NCBI GenBank assembly: GCA_036658435.1
Contig: JAVXEO010000004.1
Coordinates: 120 to 64,119, forward strand
DNA from: Acetivibrio sp.
GTDB taxonomy: Bacteria; Bacillota; Clostridia; Lachnospirales; Lachnospiraceae
Direction: 5' to 3'
DNA: 64,000 nucleotides
Shown here piece by piece: positions 55,650 through 64,000 of the stretch. Under the pieces are notes generated by a model. That model saw only the letters and a program-made list of their open reading frames with translations, was not told the DNA's origin and made no database searches. A program made the translations under genes and the position numbers. How positions within the stretch are numbered: position 1 is the first letter of the stretch; each line of letters opens with the position of its first letter.

Positions 55650-58055
55650 CTATAGTGTTTGTTCCGTTCGTTCTATAATGTCATCCTGTGTCTTTTTAGA
55701 AAGTACGTTAAAAAATGCACTATAACCTGCCACACGTACAATTAAATCTCTATGTTTCTCCGGATGAACCTGGGCATCCATTAAGGTTTCTCTGCTTACT
55801 ACATTAAACTGAACATGATATCCGTGGAGTTTATTGAAAAAAGTGCGAAGAAGCAGGATCAATTTTTCCTTATTTTCCTTTTTCTCTAACATCTGGGGGG
55901 TTACTTTTTGGTTTAAAAGAACACCTCCTGTAATTTCTTCTGTGGGAAGTTTGGAAACACTCTTAAATACAGCTGTGGGTCCATTTTGGTCGGCTGCATG
56001 GCTTGGAGAGCATCCTTCTGCCAATGGTTCCCCACTTTTACGTCCATCGGGAGTAGCCAAAGTTCCTGCTCCCTGTGGTACATTTGCCGAAATAGAAGAA
56101 GTTCCTGCATAATACGTACCTCCAATGGGTCCTCTTCCATAGCGGGTATTATGATATTTCTTCATTTCATCAATATAGGTATTATACGCATCCACCACCA
56201 GTTGGTCCACATAATCATTATCATTTCCATACTTTGGAGCCTCTTGGAGCATTTCTTGAATCTTTTCATTCCCTTCACCCACAAAATCTGCTTGTAAGGC
56301 TTCCCATAGCTGCAATGGGGTTATTCTTTTCTCTTCAAAAACCACTTTTTTTATTGCGGCAAGGGAGTCTGCCAAGTTCGCAATTCCTACCTGAAGGTCG
56401 CTGATAAAATCATAAACCGCACCGCCTTCTTTCATATTCAGCCCACGTTCAATACAGTCATCTGTTAATGCCGAACAAAGAATATCCGCTGTGTTTTCTT
56501 CTAATACCATATCACAAGTTGCATCAATTATCGTACACTGACGGCACATTTCCCGAATTACCTTATCCCAGCATTCCATCACTTGGGTAAAGGAAGTAAA
56601 ATCTTTAAAATGTCCGATTCCTTCACATAACTTTATTCCGGAACTTAAATCGACGCCATCGTTCATAGCCAGTAAAAGCGCCTTTGGAAAATTCAGGAAA
56701 CTCATTCCCGTACAACGATAACCCCATTTTCCGGGAACTGCTGTTTCTACGCACCCAATTGCACTATAATTATAAGCATCTTCTTTTTTTACTCCCTTTT
56801 GAATAAAGCTTGGAATAATCACTTCATCATCGTTAAATGCCGGCATTCCAAATCCGCATTTTACAACCTCTATACATTCTTTCATGAATTCTTCGGTTAA
56901 ACCACGATGGTATCGAACCGTTAAGTTTGGCTGGGTGAGGTGGCATTTTGCCACACTCTTTAAAATCAGCCAGGACATGGCATTCACTGCATCTTTACCG
57001 TCGATTGTCTGTCCTGCAATCGTCACATTCTGATAAAGAGGGGATCCTGCTGAAAACTGTGTGTGGCTCCAAGAACGAATTTTATTAATGGTATATGTTT
57101 TCATCCAAAGATTGGTCATAAGTTCACAGGCTTCTTCTTCTGAAATGGCTCCGCTTTTTAAATCGGCTTCGTAATATGGATTTAGGTATTGGTCCATTCT
57201 GCCATAGGACAAGCTGTGTCCGTTGGATTCAATCTGTAGAATCAAATGAACCATCCATAAACTTTGAACCGCTTCTCTAAAATTTCCAGCTGGTTCATAG
57301 GGTACCTTTTTTAGTATTCTTTCCATTTCAAGAAGTTCCCCTTTTCGCTTTTCATCCGTTTCGGTATCTGCCATCTTCTTTGCAAGTTCTGCATAACGGA
57401 TTGCAAAATTCTTGATTCCTTCTATTATAATTAAAATGGCTCTATAAAAGTAACTTTTATGAATGTTCTGATAGTCTGTCAAATCCAGTGCATTTAATTT
57501 TTCCTCAGCCCGTCTCTCATAATCCTTTAGTCCTACCTTTAGCATTTTTTCGTAGTCTACGGCACAATGGGCATCTCCTGAGGTAATATTTCCTTCTGAC
57601 TTAATAATTCCAAGATCATAATATAATTTAGAGTGTGGAGGAAAAGCAGCCAGACCTTTATCAAATATTGTATTGTTTTCCCAAAATGGACCAATATCGC
57701 GTAATTTTTGTTTGTTTTCTTCGGTAATGTAAAATACATCCCCGTCACGGTTTTCAAATTCATCCAGTTCATCCAGGACCCACTTCATTGCATACTCCGG
57801 AAATATAGGAGCACTCCGATTGGAGGATGCCTGATTTCCTGCAATCATGGTCTGGGGTTCAATAAAGATGCTCATGTGTTCTAATACACTTTGAAGCATC
57901 CTGGCTCTTTTAATGGCCAAAGGCTGGTTTTGATTTTCCTTATAGACCTGGGTAGTAATCATGGCTCGCTCCACGCAAACCTGTGGCTTTGCATGGATTA
58001 GTGTCTCTCTAAATTCTTCCATCCTGGGTGTCAATTCACCAAAATATTTTTTCAT
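55650..58055 (-). CDS. Glycyl radical enzyme, PFL2/glycerol-dehydratase (eliminase) clade, YbiW/PflD-like
   Basis: 801 aa. Glycyl radical motif RVAGYSAFF near the C-terminus. The active-site loop is GCVE (single Cys plus Glu), not the CC of true pyruvate formate-lyase. Confidence 0.9.
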   Translation of the reverse strand: MKKYFGELTPRMEEFRETLIHAKPQVCVERAMITTQVYKENQNQPLAIKRARMLQSVLEHMSIFIEPQTMIAGNQASSNRSAPIFPEYAMKWVLDELDEFENRDGDVFYITEENKQKLRDIGPFWENNTIFDKGLAAFPPHSKLYYDLGIIKSEGNITSGDAHCAVDYEKMLKVGLKDYERRAEEKLNALDLTDYQNIHKSYFYRAILIIIEGIKNFAIRYAELAKKMADTETDEKRKGELLEMERILKKVPYEPAGNFREAVQSLWMVHLILQIESNGHSLSYGRMDQYLNPYYEADLKSGAISEEEACELMTNLWMKTYTINKIRSWSHTQFSAGSPLYQNVTIAGQTIDGKDAVNAMSWLILKSVAKCHLTQPNLTVRYHRGLTEEFMKECIEVVKCGFGMPAFNDDEVIIPSFIQKGVKKEDAYNYSAIGCVETAVPGKWGYRCTGMSFLNFPKALLLAMNDGVDLSSGIKLCEGIGHFKDFTSFTQVMECWDKVIREMCRQCTIIDATCDMVLEENTADILCSALTDDCIERGLNMKEGGAVYDFISDLQVGIANLADSLAAIKKVVFEEKRITPLQLWEALQADFVGEGNEKIQEMLQEAPKYGNDNDYVDQLVVDAYNTYIDEMKKYHNTRYGRGPIGGTYYAGTSSISANVPQGAGTLATPDGRKSGEPLAEGCSPSHAADQNGPTAVFKSVSKLPTEEITGGVLLNQKVTPQMLEKKENKEKLILLLRTFFNKLHGYHVQFNVVSRETLMDAQVHPEKHRDLIVRVAGYSAFFNVLSKKTQDDIIERTEQTL

Positions 58056-58089
58056 GGGTTTTCATCCTTTCGTATAAAAGAGTCTTCTG

Positions 58090-58150
58090 TTTCATTCGTA
58101 ATTTTATAATAATTCATTTCTAATTAATTGTCAATAGTTTTCATTCGTAA
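58090..58150. repeat. Exact 12-bp direct repeat TTTCATTCGTAA (two copies) in the divergent GRE/activase promoter region; candidate DeoR operator
   Basis: Copies at 58090-58101 and 58139-58150, 49 bp apart, inside a 166-bp intergenic region. Confidence 0.5.
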
Positions 58151-58158
58151 ATGTTTTG

Positions 58159-58187
58159 TTTACATTAGTAACAAAAAGTGGTATATT
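58159..58187 (+). promoter_or_regulatory. Candidate promoter of the activase gene
   Basis: TTTACA (58159-58164), 17 nt, TATATT (58182-58187). Confidence 0.4.
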
Positions 58188-58221
58188 ATAAACAATCACA
58201 TTATTTCAGGAGGAAATCTAT

Positions 58222-59115
58222 ATGGAAGGAATTCTATTTAATATTCAAAAATTCAGTCTCCACGATGGTCCCGGTATTCGAACGGTTGTATTTTTTAAAG
58301 GTTGTCCTTTAAAATGTAAGTGGTGTGCAAATCCAGAAAGTCAGAGTTCTAAAACACAGGTTCTCTGGGAAGAAGAAAAATGCCGTAAATGCCGTATCTG
58401 CGTTCAAAGCTGTAATTTTTCTGCCCTTTCTTTTAAAGGAGATTCCATATACATTGATGATTCCCTTTGCTCTAGCTGCAGGCAGTGTATCTCTTTATGT
58501 CCCGGACATGCCCTTTCCTTAGAGGGGGAATATAAAACCGTTTCTGAGGTTGTTCGTGTTTGCCTCCAGGATAAGGACTTTTATGAAGAAAGTAATGGCG
58601 GCGTTACTCTTTCCGGTGGAGAAGCCCTTATGCAGCCTGCTTTTGCTATGGAGCTATTAATCGAATTAAAAAAGCAGCATATTCACACCGCCATAGAAAC
58701 AACCGGATTTGCTTCCTCTTCTATTTTTGATGAGGTAACTTCTTATGCGGACTTGCTTTTATTTGATGTAAAGCATTGGGATGATCTTTTGCATCGAGAA
58801 GGCACCGGCGTATCCAATGTTCCCATTCTGCATAATTTAAAAGCGGCTCTTGCTTCCGGAAAAAACGTTTTACCCCGAATTCCCGTTATTCCTCAATTTA
58901 ATGATTCTTTAGAGGATGCAGCCGCCTTTTCTGACTGTTTACTTAAAGCAGGGGCAAGTGAAGTGCAGCTCCTTCCTTTTCATCAATTTGGTGAAAAAAA
59001 ATATTCCATGTTGGGAAAACCTTACCCTTATAAAGACATATCTGCTTTTCATGAAGAAGATTTAATGGAGTTTCAGCAGGTTTTCTTATCTCATGGAATA
59101 CATGCTTTCTTTTGA
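58222..59115 (+). CDS. Glycyl-radical enzyme activating protein (radical SAM with two auxiliary 4Fe-4S motifs)
   Basis: 297 aa. CPLKCKWCANPE radical-SAM motif plus ferredoxin-like CRKCRICVQSC and CSSCRQCISLCP. Confidence 0.9.
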   Translation: MEGILFNIQKFSLHDGPGIRTVVFFKGCPLKCKWCANPESQSSKTQVLWEEEKCRKCRICVQSCNFSALSFKGDSIYIDDSLCSSCRQCISLCPGHALSLEGEYKTVSEVVRVCLQDKDFYEESNGGVTLSGGEALMQPAFAMELLIELKKQHIHTAIETTGFASSSIFDEVTSYADLLLFDVKHWDDLLHREGTGVSNVPILHNLKAALASGKNVLPRIPVIPQFNDSLEDAAAFSDCLLKAGASEVQLLPFHQFGEKKYSMLGKPYPYKDISAFHEEDLMEFQQVFLSHGIHAFF

Positions 59116-59173
59116 AATTGTAAAAATAATTTTTTTATGGTATATTGAAAATTAAGAAATGAGGGAGCCCTTT

Positions 59174-59938
59174 ATGAAAAATAGATTTAATCAAATATTA
59201 GAGATGTTAACCGATGAAAATAAAATAGAAGTTTCCCTGCTAGCTCAACGGTTACAGGTGTCTCAAGTCACCATTCGTAAAGATTTGGATGTTTTAGAAA
59301 GCAGAGGCATTATTAAACGGGAACATGGTTTTGCCGTTCTTCGAAGTATGGACGATATCAATGGAAGAATTGGTTACCACTATGAAGCCAAACGCCAAAT
59401 TGCACGGAAGGCCTCTGAAATGGTTCAAAATGGGGATACGATTCTCATTGAAAGTGGAAGTTGCTGTGCCCTCCTTGCAGAAGTTTTAGTTTCCCAAAAA
59501 AAAGACCTGACTCTCCTTACGAACAGTGCCTTTATCTCTGATTATATTCGTTGTAAATCTGATTTTCAAATTGTATTGCTTGGAGGGATTTATCAACAGG
59601 ACTCCCAGGTTTTAGTTGGTCCCATGATTCGCCAGTGCATAGAAAATTTTTATGTTGATTTGTTTTTTATCGGAACCGATGGTTATTCCTCTAAAACCGG
59701 ATTTACCAATCGAGATCAGCTGCGGGCACAAGCGGTTCGGGATATGGCATCACAAGCTGAAAAAGTTATTGTATTAACAGAAAGCAGTAAGTTTTCCAAG
59801 CATGGCATTGTTCCTTTGAACCTGAAAGAACAGGTTAAAATGGTCATTACGGATGAACATATCCAAGGGGATACTCTCACGGAATTAGAGCAGCGTGGTA
59901 TCCAAGTTATTACCACCCCCATCACGAATGATATCTAG
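59174..59938 (+). CDS. DeoR/GlpR-family transcriptional regulator
   Basis: N-terminal HTH (VSLLAQRLQVSQVTIRKDLDVLE) plus a sugar-phosphate-binding DeoR C-domain. ATG 59174 has GAGGGAG at 6 nt, whereas the track ATG 59159 has no SD. TGGTATATT, an extended -10, lies at 59138-59146. Confidence 0.85.
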   Translation: MKNRFNQILEMLTDENKIEVSLLAQRLQVSQVTIRKDLDVLESRGIIKREHGFAVLRSMDDINGRIGYHYEAKRQIARKASEMVQNGDTILIESGSCCALLAEVLVSQKKDLTLLTNSAFISDYIRCKSDFQIVLLGGIYQQDSQVLVGPMIRQCIENFYVDLFFIGTDGYSSKTGFTNRDQLRAQAVRDMASQAEKVIVLTESSKFSKHGIVPLNLKEQVKMVITDEHIQGDTLTELEQRGIQVITTPITNDI

Positions 59939-59987
59939 CGGATTCAAAGAAGGTGCCACCAGTTTCCTGTGGCACCTTCTTATTTTT

Positions 59988-62900
59988 CTATTTGGGTTCT
60001 TTCTTATATAAAAAGTTTTCCATAGTCTGATATAAAAGCGTTGGTTCAATTGGTTTGGCAAGGTGTGCATTCATTCCTGCCGCCTTTGTTTTTTCTATGT
60101 CCTCTTCAAAAGCATTTGCCGTCATTGCAATAATGGGAATCGTCTCCGCATCGGACTTACGCATTTGGCGAATGGATTTTGCAGCGGTTATGCCATCCAT
60201 CACCGGCATACGGATATCCATCAAAATAGCGTCATAGTATCCATCCTCTTTTTGGGCAAAGGTTTCAATTGCCCGGAGTCCATTTTCTGCTACCTCCACT
60301 TCCAAGTGTTTTGCGTTCAATAATTTTTTTGCAACCTCTATATTGAGTAGATGATCTTCCACAAGCAAAATGCGTTTTCCTGTGAAATCATATTCCTTTG
60401 GATTCACTTCCTTTATTTTATGATCCTTTTCACTGTAAATTTTTTCGAAAGCCGTGGAAAGAGAAGACTTAAACAAAGGTTTGGATATCAGCATATTAAC
60501 ACCGGCCTGTTTGGCTTCTACTTCAATGGTCGCCCAGTCATAGGCCGTCATAATGATAATGGTAACCTCCGGTCCTACTATTTTTCGAATTTCACGGGTG
60601 GTTTCGATTCCATCCATGTCCGGCATTTTCCAGTCTACAAGAATAACGTCATAAAATTCTTTCTTTTTCCATTTTCTTCGTACGATTTCCACCGCCTTTG
60701 CTCCGGAAACCACATATTCTGCCTGCATACTCATATCGGCCAATACCTGTTTTGTATGCTGGCAAATAATAATATCATCATCCACAACCAATGCTTTTAG
60801 TTTTTCAAAATGAAGATGGGATTTCAGTCGTTCTGTCTGTTTTGTTTTTTCTGAAATTCCCAGTTTAATTTCAATCACAAACTCACTGCCTACACCCTTA
60901 ATGCTATTGACACTAATTTTTCCCCCCATTAAATCCACTAAGTTTTTACAGATTGCAAGTCCCAATCCGGTTCCTCCATAAGACATCTCTGCCAAACCTG
61001 CATGGTCCTGCTCAAATGGTTCAAAAATCTTAGGAAGAAACTCCTCGCTTATTCCAACTCCTGTATCGTTTATGGTAAATTTTATAGCAGCATCTTCTTG
61101 TCCTATTTTTTCCTGGTGAACGATAAATTGAACTTTTCCACCTTTGTTCGTAAATTTAATTGCATTGGAAATGATGTTAATCAGTACCTGCTGCAGTTTC
61201 ATTGCATCTCCAATGTATTCATCCTCCGTAAAGCTTGTAAGGATAGCATCATAATCAACTCCCTTTTGCTGTGCTTGTGTATGGCAAATACTATTAATTC
61301 CATTTATAAACTCTTCAAAAGGAATTTTATCATGATGAATAAATATCTTTCCACTTTCAATTCTAGACATATCTAAAATATCATTAATAAGCGATAGTAA
61401 AAAACGTGCGGATATTCCGATTTTAGATAAATACTCCGACATCTGTACCGGGTCATTTATGCAGCCCGCAGCCAAAGTGGACATTCCAATAATGGTGTTC
61501 ATAGGTGTCCGAATTTCATGGCTCATGCGGGAGAGAAATTCTGATTTTGCAGCGTTTGCCTGTTGGGCCGCTAACAGTGCATCTTTCAGTACTTCATTTT
61601 TTCGTTGTTCCTCATTATCAATGTCGGTAATGTCGGTTCGAGTCAAAATGATTCTCTTTCTGGATTGATCCAGGTAAGTAGACTGCAGTTTCTTTCGGCT
61701 GATGCTGCCATCGGACTCCTTAACATGACAGTATGTAGTATAAATATCTTGTTTTTCCAATTGTTCAGCCAAATTCCGGTAAGACAACTCATGAATATTT
61801 TTTTCTATCTCTTCTTTGGGCAAATACATTCTTGCGTAGTTCTCCACTTCCTTTTCATAGCTGCTGCTATAAAAGGAAGGTAGGGCCGTTTTTCCCACCG
61901 CCTTCGCATAAAGGCTATAGGAATTCGTAGTACCATCCAGCAGTGCCATATAATCATAGTCCATATTTACTACCGCATTCACAAGCTGATTTTCCGTCTT
62001 TTTCTGATCAATATCCGAAGCATAGATATAAGCTTCAACATCTCCATTTTTAGGGTTTAAAAACATGTCCAAATCTATTTTAATCCAAAATAGCATATTG
62101 TTTCCAAAGTCAACATAGGATTCCTGGCTAAAACTTGTTTTTCCCTCATTATAAGATTTAAGGAGATTTTCTCTATTAAATATTTTCTGATATTCCTCTA
62201 ACTCCTGAGCATCTGCATGGGTGGCATATTCATGGGCAAAAAAATCATCCACGGTTCCATTTCCCTGAAAACTGTGAATGATAGAAAGCTTGCTTTGACC
62301 ATCTTCGCAGATATTTTGTGTTAAATTCATTTTATAGGAGCCAATGACATCCTGGTTATGTATTTTTCTCCATTTAATTTCCTCATCATAGCGTTCTTCT
62401 AATCGAACCCGTTCTGTAATATCAATGGCTGTTCCAATCGCTTTGAAGGGGTTTCCTTTGCTATCATAAATTGCCGTATAGGAAATTTCATACCACCACC
62501 ATACATCCTGGTCTTCATTCCGCCATCGTCCCATGCTTTTTGCAGTTTTTTCTCCGGAAAAAATCTTATCAAACATTGCATTGAGTGCCGGATAATCCTC
62601 TGGATTCAGTGGGCTTCCCTCTTTTTTAAATACTTCCGGAACATTATGAATTATGCTGACATCATCAAAAGTCTTAATATGTGTGGAATTATTAAAATCA
62701 TAAATGGTATGGCTCTCAACATCAAACATCCAAAGAGTAACTCCACATTGCTTTGCCGCCTGCGCATAATTTTCAGCAAGGCTTTTATATTCTGTAATAT
62801 TTTCAGCAATTCCAATTGCACTGGCCGGTCTGCCCTCTTCATCAAAAGTGAGCATATATTGGATTTTTTTCCAAATAATGTTTCCCTGTTCCACCACCTG

Positions 62901-63167
62901 TATTTCGCTGACAATCTGAGGGACTCCCTTCTTTACTTTTTCATGGATTTCCATCCATTTTTTTATACTGTCTTTATAAATAAGTCCTCTATCTACAAGG
63001 TTTTGAGGAAAATTGTCCCAAGATTTTGCTGTTTTTAGTTCCTCCATAACATTCAATCCGGAAGTTCCTTTGTCTGTCACGGGATTATATGTCCAATATT
63101 GAATTCCACACTGTTTTAAAATTGTGGTAGTTACCTCATTTGTGTTTAAATTATTATTTTCTTCCAT
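59988..63167 (-). CDS. Cytoplasmic hybrid sensor histidine kinase (multiple PAS, HisKA, HATPase, two receiver domains)
   Basis: 1059 aa with no TM helix. PAS-like repeats, H-box SHEIRTPMN and an HATPase domain, then two REC domains (VDWKMPDMDG; LMDIRMPVMDG). Confidence 0.9.
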   Translation of the reverse strand: MEENNNLNTNEVTTTILKQCGIQYWTYNPVTDKGTSGLNVMEELKTAKSWDNFPQNLVDRGLIYKDSIKKWMEIHEKVKKGVPQIVSEIQVVEQGNIIWKKIQYMLTFDEEGRPASAIGIAENITEYKSLAENYAQAAKQCGVTLWMFDVESHTIYDFNNSTHIKTFDDVSIIHNVPEVFKKEGSPLNPEDYPALNAMFDKIFSGEKTAKSMGRWRNEDQDVWWWYEISYTAIYDSKGNPFKAIGTAIDITERVRLEERYDEEIKWRKIHNQDVIGSYKMNLTQNICEDGQSKLSIIHSFQGNGTVDDFFAHEYATHADAQELEEYQKIFNRENLLKSYNEGKTSFSQESYVDFGNNMLFWIKIDLDMFLNPKNGDVEAYIYASDIDQKKTENQLVNAVVNMDYDYMALLDGTTNSYSLYAKAVGKTALPSFYSSSYEKEVENYARMYLPKEEIEKNIHELSYRNLAEQLEKQDIYTTYCHVKESDGSISRKKLQSTYLDQSRKRIILTRTDITDIDNEEQRKNEVLKDALLAAQQANAAKSEFLSRMSHEIRTPMNTIIGMSTLAAGCINDPVQMSEYLSKIGISARFLLSLINDILDMSRIESGKIFIHHDKIPFEEFINGINSICHTQAQQKGVDYDAILTSFTEDEYIGDAMKLQQVLINIISNAIKFTNKGGKVQFIVHQEKIGQEDAAIKFTINDTGVGISEEFLPKIFEPFEQDHAGLAEMSYGGTGLGLAICKNLVDLMGGKISVNSIKGVGSEFVIEIKLGISEKTKQTERLKSHLHFEKLKALVVDDDIIICQHTKQVLADMSMQAEYVVSGAKAVEIVRRKWKKKEFYDVILVDWKMPDMDGIETTREIRKIVGPEVTIIIMTAYDWATIEVEAKQAGVNMLISKPLFKSSLSTAFEKIYSEKDHKIKEVNPKEYDFTGKRILLVEDHLLNIEVAKKLLNAKHLEVEVAENGLRAIETFAQKEDGYYDAILMDIRMPVMDGITAAKSIRQMRKSDAETIPIIAMTANAFEEDIEKTKAAGMNAHLAKPIEPTLLYQTMENFLYKKEPK

Positions 63168-63483
63168 GTCGGCAGCTCCTTCCTAAATATGTAAGCTAGT
63201 CTTTCTTACTCTGCTTGGATATAAGCACATGTTTCTATTATAGCATAGTCTAACCATAAATAATTAACTTTTTTTTCATGACTTTTTAAAAACAGGGTGT
63301 TACAAATAGGGGTTTTGGCTAATGGTTACAGTGCCTCTGGGCAAATTGTGCAGCAATGTGTTTTTATTGTACAAACTTTTGGTTGACAGTCCATATTTAT
63401 TATATACTCCACCTAGTACTTGTGATATAATGTCGTGAAAAGATATTTTTTGTAAATTAATGCTTTATAAGGGAGAGTAGTAT

Positions 63484-64000
63484 ATGAAAAAAGAAGAATT
63501 GAATTTAGCGGATGCTATTTTGGCGGAACAAGAAAAGAATAAGTATGTTGTAATCGGTGTAACCTTGATGAATATAATTTTGGCAATTTCCTATTTTATT
63601 GAAGTTGTAAAAGGTGCTCGTTCCATGGCATCCTATTTAATAGTAGCAGTTGGGTGTTTATTTCCTACTATTATCTATTTGTTTATTTATTTCAGGAAAA
63701 AAGAATCCATAGGAGTTCGCTATATTACAACTATTGGTTTTTGCATATTATATGGTTATATTATGCTTACAACAAAAGAAAGTATTGCTTTTTGTTACAT
63801 ACTATTGATATTTACTTTATTGACAATATATGGTGATTTGAAATTATCATACAGTTGTAGTATTTATTCGGTACTTCTTAATATAGTAGTTGTAATCAAA
63901 AATATCGTTACCGTAGGCTTGACCCAGCAACAAATTACAGAATCGGAAATCATCATTGCCTGTGTTCTTCTTGCCTCAATATTTTCTATTATGGCAACCA
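63484..64000 (+). CDS. Polytopic membrane protein, N-terminal part (runs off the right edge); possibly the sensor module of a signalling protein
   Basis: I translated from ATG 63484 (GGGAG at 8 nt): MKKEELNLADAILAEQEKNKYVVIGVTLMNIILAISYFIEVVKG... The frame stays open for 172 codons to the window edge, with at least 5 hydrophobic helices. It is absent from the ORF track because there is no stop. Confidence 0.6.
   Translation, partial: MKKEELNLADAILAEQEKNKYVVIGVTLMNIILAISYFIEVVKGARSMASYLIVAVGCLFPTIIYLFIYFRKKESIGVRYITTIGFCILYGYIMLTTKESIAFCYILLIFTLLTIYGDLKLSYSCSIYSVLLNIVVVIKNIVTVGLTQQQITESEIIIACVLLASIFSIMAT

Noticed and set aside
63168-63483. Riboswitch (for example c-di-GMP-I) in the 316-nt region upstream of the last, partial membrane-protein gene.
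   Set aside because: Only a GGGCAAA string is reminiscent, and no P1/P2 helices with the conserved tetraloop/receptor pattern could be drawn. The region is adequately explained by two divergent promoters (TGATATAAT extended -10 at about 63421-63429).
1-64000. Mobile elements, prophage, CRISPR arrays, tRNA/rRNA genes, toxin-antitoxin or classic defence islands.
   Set aside because: I saw no integrase, transposase or recombinase-like ORFs, no spaced direct-repeat arrays, no cloverleaf-sized conserved RNA in the short intergenic gaps, and no abrupt compositional change. The window reads as core chromosome.

Overview
Low-GC, densely packed chromosomal segment from a spore-forming, anaerobic Firmicute. 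It looks like class Clostridia, possibly Lachnospiraceae; that is inference from gene content only. I count about 48 protein genes, roughly 85% on the minus strand. I saw no rRNA, tRNA, CRISPR array, transposase, integrase or prophage signature. Recognisable content, left to right: pyrC (partial), Nudix, rarA, yigZ-like, a class A PBP, the contiguous spoIIAA-spoIIAB-sigF / spoVAA-AB-AC-AD-AE sporulation block, a zinc-ribbon/TPR membrane protein, a FapA (DUF342)-like protein, valS, a four-gene operon of unknown function (16471-23293), a cobD-like PLP enzyme, nrdG-nrdD, a secreted S8 protease, a metallophosphoesterase, purA, an MCP, a GGDEF(degenerate)-EAL-PAS protein, purB-purF-purC, mgtE with a structured leader, kdpD-kdpE, a second two-component pair, a stand-alone trpB-like gene, two tandem secreted 5'-nucleotidases, a glycyl-radical-enzyme sugar locus (ROK kinase, FSA-type aldolase, GRE, activase, DeoR regulator), a hybrid histidine kinase and a partial membrane protein. 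The best candidate for an undescribed system is the operon at 16471-23293. It encodes a 1180-aa cytoplasmic beta-sandwich plus alpha-solenoid protein, a truncated Hsp70-like protein with degenerate nucleotide-binding loops, a TPR-like protein and a coiled-coil membrane-hairpin protein. Their starts are coupled and the operon has a sigma-A-type promoter. Secondary items: NrdD carrying a C-terminal CPNC thioredoxin-fold domain, the GRE/FSA-aldolase/ROK locus, a possibly frameshifted small ORF with a strong SD, and an unannotated 49-codon membrane ORF at the sigF/spoVAA junction. All calls come from reading ORF translations and the DNA by eye; no searches were run.
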